Source: Candidatus Hydrogenedentota bacterium (lineage in GTDB: Bacteria > Hydrogenedentota > Hydrogenedentia > Hydrogenedentales > SLHB01). From it: DNA of 64,000 nucleotides. How positions within the stretch are numbered: the stretch's first letter is position 1; the number at the start of each line of letters is the position of its first letter. Below are positions 61,605 to 64,000 of this stretch, piece after piece. The notes under the pieces are model-generated. The model searched no databases and was not told the DNA's origin. It saw only the letters and a program-made list of their open reading frames with translations. The stretch is taken from the NCBI GenBank assembly GCA_052033955.1, contig JBPOJD010000008.1:5628-69627 (forward strand), read 5' to 3'. Made by a program: the position numbers and the translations under genes.

Positions 61605-61917
61605 ACTCAACTGTCCTGCCGTTCGTGGCGTCTGGCAAACGCTCGACCCCGTCCGGGGCCGTCCCCGTACAACCACTGCACGCGTCCATTTTGGCACACG
61701 CCGATCAACTCAAGCAATGCCAACGGCTAACGCGATGACATCCGCGGCGCTGTGACAAAATTCACAACCAAAAACAGCGCCCTACCGCCTCTGGGCCTGA
61801 CGTTACCCGTACAACACACCGCAGCCGCCCCCGGTATTCCCCCGGAGACGCCATTGAACTCCGGGCGCGGCGGACGGTAGCCTGAAAGAAACCACAGCCA
61901 CGACGAAGGAGGCCACG

Positions 61918-62949
61918 ATGAAAGCGGCAGTCATTCACGAGCACGGCGACATCAACCAGATAGCCCTCGCGGACGTTCCCGAGCCGAAGGCCGGTCCGGG
62001 CGAGGTGATGATCGAGGTGCGGGCCGCGGCGCTCAATCACCTCGACATCTGGGTGCGCCGCGGACGCCCGGGCGCGGCGCTGCGTCCGCCCCACACCCTC
62101 GGATCGGACGCCGCAGGCATCGTCGCCGCGCTGGGCGACGGGGTGGACGGGCTCCGCGTGGGCGACGCCGTCGTGGTGAATCCCGGGTTGAGTTGCGGGG
62201 TCTGTGAGTACTGCCAGCGGGGGCAGCAGAGTGAATGCGTCCAGTTCACGATCGTCGGCCTGGGTGCTCCCGGCGCCTTCGCCGAGCGTGTCGTGGTTCC
62301 CGCGGGCAACCTTCAGCCCAAACCGGCGGGTCTGAGCTTCGAGGAAGCGGCGGCCCTGCCGCTGGCCCACCTGACGGCCTGGCGGATGGCGATCAGCCGC
62401 GCGGCGGTTCGCCCGGGCGAGTGCGTGCTCATCCACGGTATCGGCGGCGGCGTGGCGCTGGCGGCGCTGCAATTGTGCAAGGGGTGTGGCGCGTCCGTGA
62501 TCGTCACCTCGTCGTCCGACGAGAAGCTGAAGCGCGCACGGGAGCTGGGCGCGGACTTCGGAATCAACTACGCATCCGGCGACGTGGCGCAGTCCGTCAA
62601 GGAGATTACCGCCGGGCGCGGTGTGGACGCCGTCATCGACGCGGTCGGCGCGGCCACGTGGCCCCTGAACTTCCAGGTCCTGCGGAAGGGCGGCCGGGCC
62701 GTGCACTGCGGCGTCACCACCGGCGCGACGGCCGAGGTCAACCTGTCCGGGCTGTACTGGAATCAGTTCACGATCATGGGATCCACCATGGGCAGCCATG
62801 AAGACTTCCGCCAGATGCTCCAGGCCGTTTCCGCCAACGCCCTGCGGCCCGTGATCGACTCGGTGCATCCCCTGAAGGACGTGCGCGAAGCGACCCGGCG
62901 CATGGAAGACGGCCAACAGTTCGGGAAGATCGTGCTGACCGTGCCGTGA
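61918..62949 (+). CDS. Zinc-containing medium-chain alcohol dehydrogenase / quinone-oxidoreductase family protein
   Basis: MDR fold: GSDAAG...; structural Zn Cys cluster CGVCEYC. Rossmann IHGIGGGVALAALQL. GGAGG RBS. Confidence 0.85.
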   Translation: MKAAVIHEHGDINQIALADVPEPKAGPGEVMIEVRAAALNHLDIWVRRGRPGAALRPPHTLGSDAAGIVAALGDGVDGLRVGDAVVVNPGLSCGVCEYCQRGQQSECVQFTIVGLGAPGAFAERVVVPAGNLQPKPAGLSFEEAAALPLAHLTAWRMAISRAAVRPGECVLIHGIGGGVALAALQLCKGCGASVIVTSSSDEKLKRARELGADFGINYASGDVAQSVKEITAGRGVDAVIDAVGAATWPLNFQVLRKGGRAVHCGVTTGATAEVNLSGLYWNQFTIMGSTMGSHEDFRQMLQAVSANALRPVIDSVHPLKDVREATRRMEDGQQFGKIVLTVP

Positions 62950-62961
62950 CCCGCCGCCGGA

Positions 62962-64000
62962 TCACGCGCCGCAGGCGGCATCCACGGCCTTGACGACGGC
63001 CTCCCGCACGGCGGCATGAAGGGCCGCGTTGGCGCCGCGTTCGGAGCGCACTTCGATGATCGAAGTGCGCGGCGTGGCGGTGGCAGTCCGGTACGCCGCG
63101 GCGAAGGCTTCCGGTGTCTCCGGGGCGGCGTAGTGCAACCCGAACATGCGGGCAGCCGCCCCGAAACCCAGTCCGTGCGGTGTCCCGAAATGCGTTTCGA
63201 AGTGCGCGGGATGCCGGGCCACCGGCAAGAGCGAGAAGATGCCGCCACCATCGTTGTTGACAACGACCAGCACCACGGGCCGCGACACGTCCCGCAACAG
63301 CGCAAGTGAGTTGAGGTCGTGCAGGCAGGCCAGATCGCCCAGCAGGGCGGTGACCGGCGCATTCAGACCGCGTGCAACGCCCGCAGCCGTCGCGATGCCC
63401 CCGTCAATTCCGCTTGCGCCCCGGTTGCCGTGAAGACGCACCGGCGCCCCGTCCGCCCCCGCGTACATGTCGAGGTCGCGAATGGGCATGCTGTTGCCGG
63501 TGAACAGCCCGGAATCGCCCGGAATGTGCGCGGCCACCGCGCGCGCGACGCCGATCTCGTGCAGCGTGTCCGGCAGCGCGGCCGCAATCGCACTGGCCGC
63601 CGCGGCATTCGCCGCAAGCACCCGCGCCCGCCAGGCGGCGTCGACCGCCATCGCGGCGCCGTCGAGGGCGTCTGCCAACGCGCCGATACTGGATTCCAGG
63701 CGCAGGGTCGCCCGGTGGGCCGGGTCCCACGCGCGGTCATGCGGCGCCACCAGCACGTAGGCACCGGCACGCCACGCATCCGCGAACTCGAGAAACCGCT
63801 TGGACGTCAGCGGCGCGCCCAGATGCAACATGACCTCGGGTTCCAGCAGGCGCTGTCCGTTCTCCGACGCCAGCACGCCGTCCGCATGCCCGATCAGCGG
63901 GTAACCGTCCGCCCCCAGACGCAGCCCGGACAGGATGTCGGCCACCACGGGCCATTGCAGCACCCGCGCCAGCCGCCGCGCGGCCGCGACCTCGTTCGGT
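62962..64000 (-). CDS. menD: 2-succinyl-5-enolpyruvyl-6-hydroxy-3-cyclohexene-1-carboxylate synthase, C-terminal part (5' end outside window)
   Basis: TPP-binding GDLACLHDLNSL ... VVNNDGGGIFS and NRGASGIDG motifs typical of MenD. ORF continues past the window end. Confidence 0.8.
   Translation of the reverse strand, partial: PNEVAAARRLARVLQWPVVADILSGLRLGADGYPLIGHADGVLASENGQRLLEPEVMLHLGAPLTSKRFLEFADAWRAGAYVLVAPHDRAWDPAHRATLRLESSIGALADALDGAAMAVDAAWRARVLAANAAAASAIAAALPDTLHEIGVARAVAAHIPGDSGLFTGNSMPIRDLDMYAGADGAPVRLHGNRGASGIDGGIATAAGVARGLNAPVTALLGDLACLHDLNSLALLRDVSRPVVLVVVNNDGGGIFSLLPVARHPAHFETHFGTPHGLGFGAAARMFGLHYAAPETPEAFAAAYRTATATPRTSIIEVRSERGANAALHAAVREAVVKAVDAACGA

Overview
This 64 kb window is GC-rich (roughly two-thirds G+C by eye, not computed), densely coding bacterial chromosomal DNA. 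I found no rRNA, tRNA, CRISPR array, transposase or integrase signatures. Almost all of it can be assigned to recognisable housekeeping or respiratory genes.

Gene content in order:
- SOD C-terminus
- secreted M14 zinc carboxypeptidase (TSP3 repeats, C-terminal sorting-like tail)
- CDF metal exporter
- menaquinone block menB-menA-menC-menE with a convergent hotdog DHNA-CoA-thioesterase-like gene
- large secreted protein of unclear function
- SDR
- isocitrate/isopropylmalate dehydrogenase family enzyme
- CBS-pair protein
- lipoprotein
- aldo-keto reductase
- archaeal/eukaryotic-type ProRS
- siroheme/sulfite block: CysG-N-like precorrin-2 dehydrogenase, fused CobA-HemD, sulfite reductase hemoprotein, APS/PAPS reductase
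- GATase1
- degenerate Gfo/Idh/MocA-like protein
- NrnA
- YchF
- GH38 alpha-mannosidase
- ComF
- a tiny Cys-containing ORF
- hexapeptide acetyltransferase
- HAD hydrolase
- flotillin/NfeD pair
- thioredoxin-like protein
- ABM monooxygenase
- QueC
- MutY
- a decayed GNAT gene
- isochorismatase
- second M14 carboxypeptidase (dockerin tail) directly upstream of an Opp/Dpp-type peptide ABC importer, which has an ADP-ribosylglycohydrolase gene embedded between permeases and ATPases
- GH3-like/LysM membrane protein
- small ORF
- periplasmic coiled-coil protein
- NtrC-type response regulator
- sensor kinase
- zinc-ribbon/MshEN/HDOD signalling protein
- complete Na+-NQR operon nqrABCDEF-apbE-(TlpA-like)-nqrM
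- MDR alcohol dehydrogenase
- 3' part of menD

I see no clear signature of a defence or toxin system. The least conventional loci are:
- M14 carboxypeptidase / Opp importer / ARH module
- c-di-GMP-type signalling gene and sigma54 two-component system appended to the nqr operon
- several repeat/palindrome structures in intergenic regions
- a low-GC mini-ORF coupled to comF

Dockerin, TSP3 and C-terminal sorting-like tails suggest a Planctomycetota/Verrucomicrobiota-like lineage; that is inference only.
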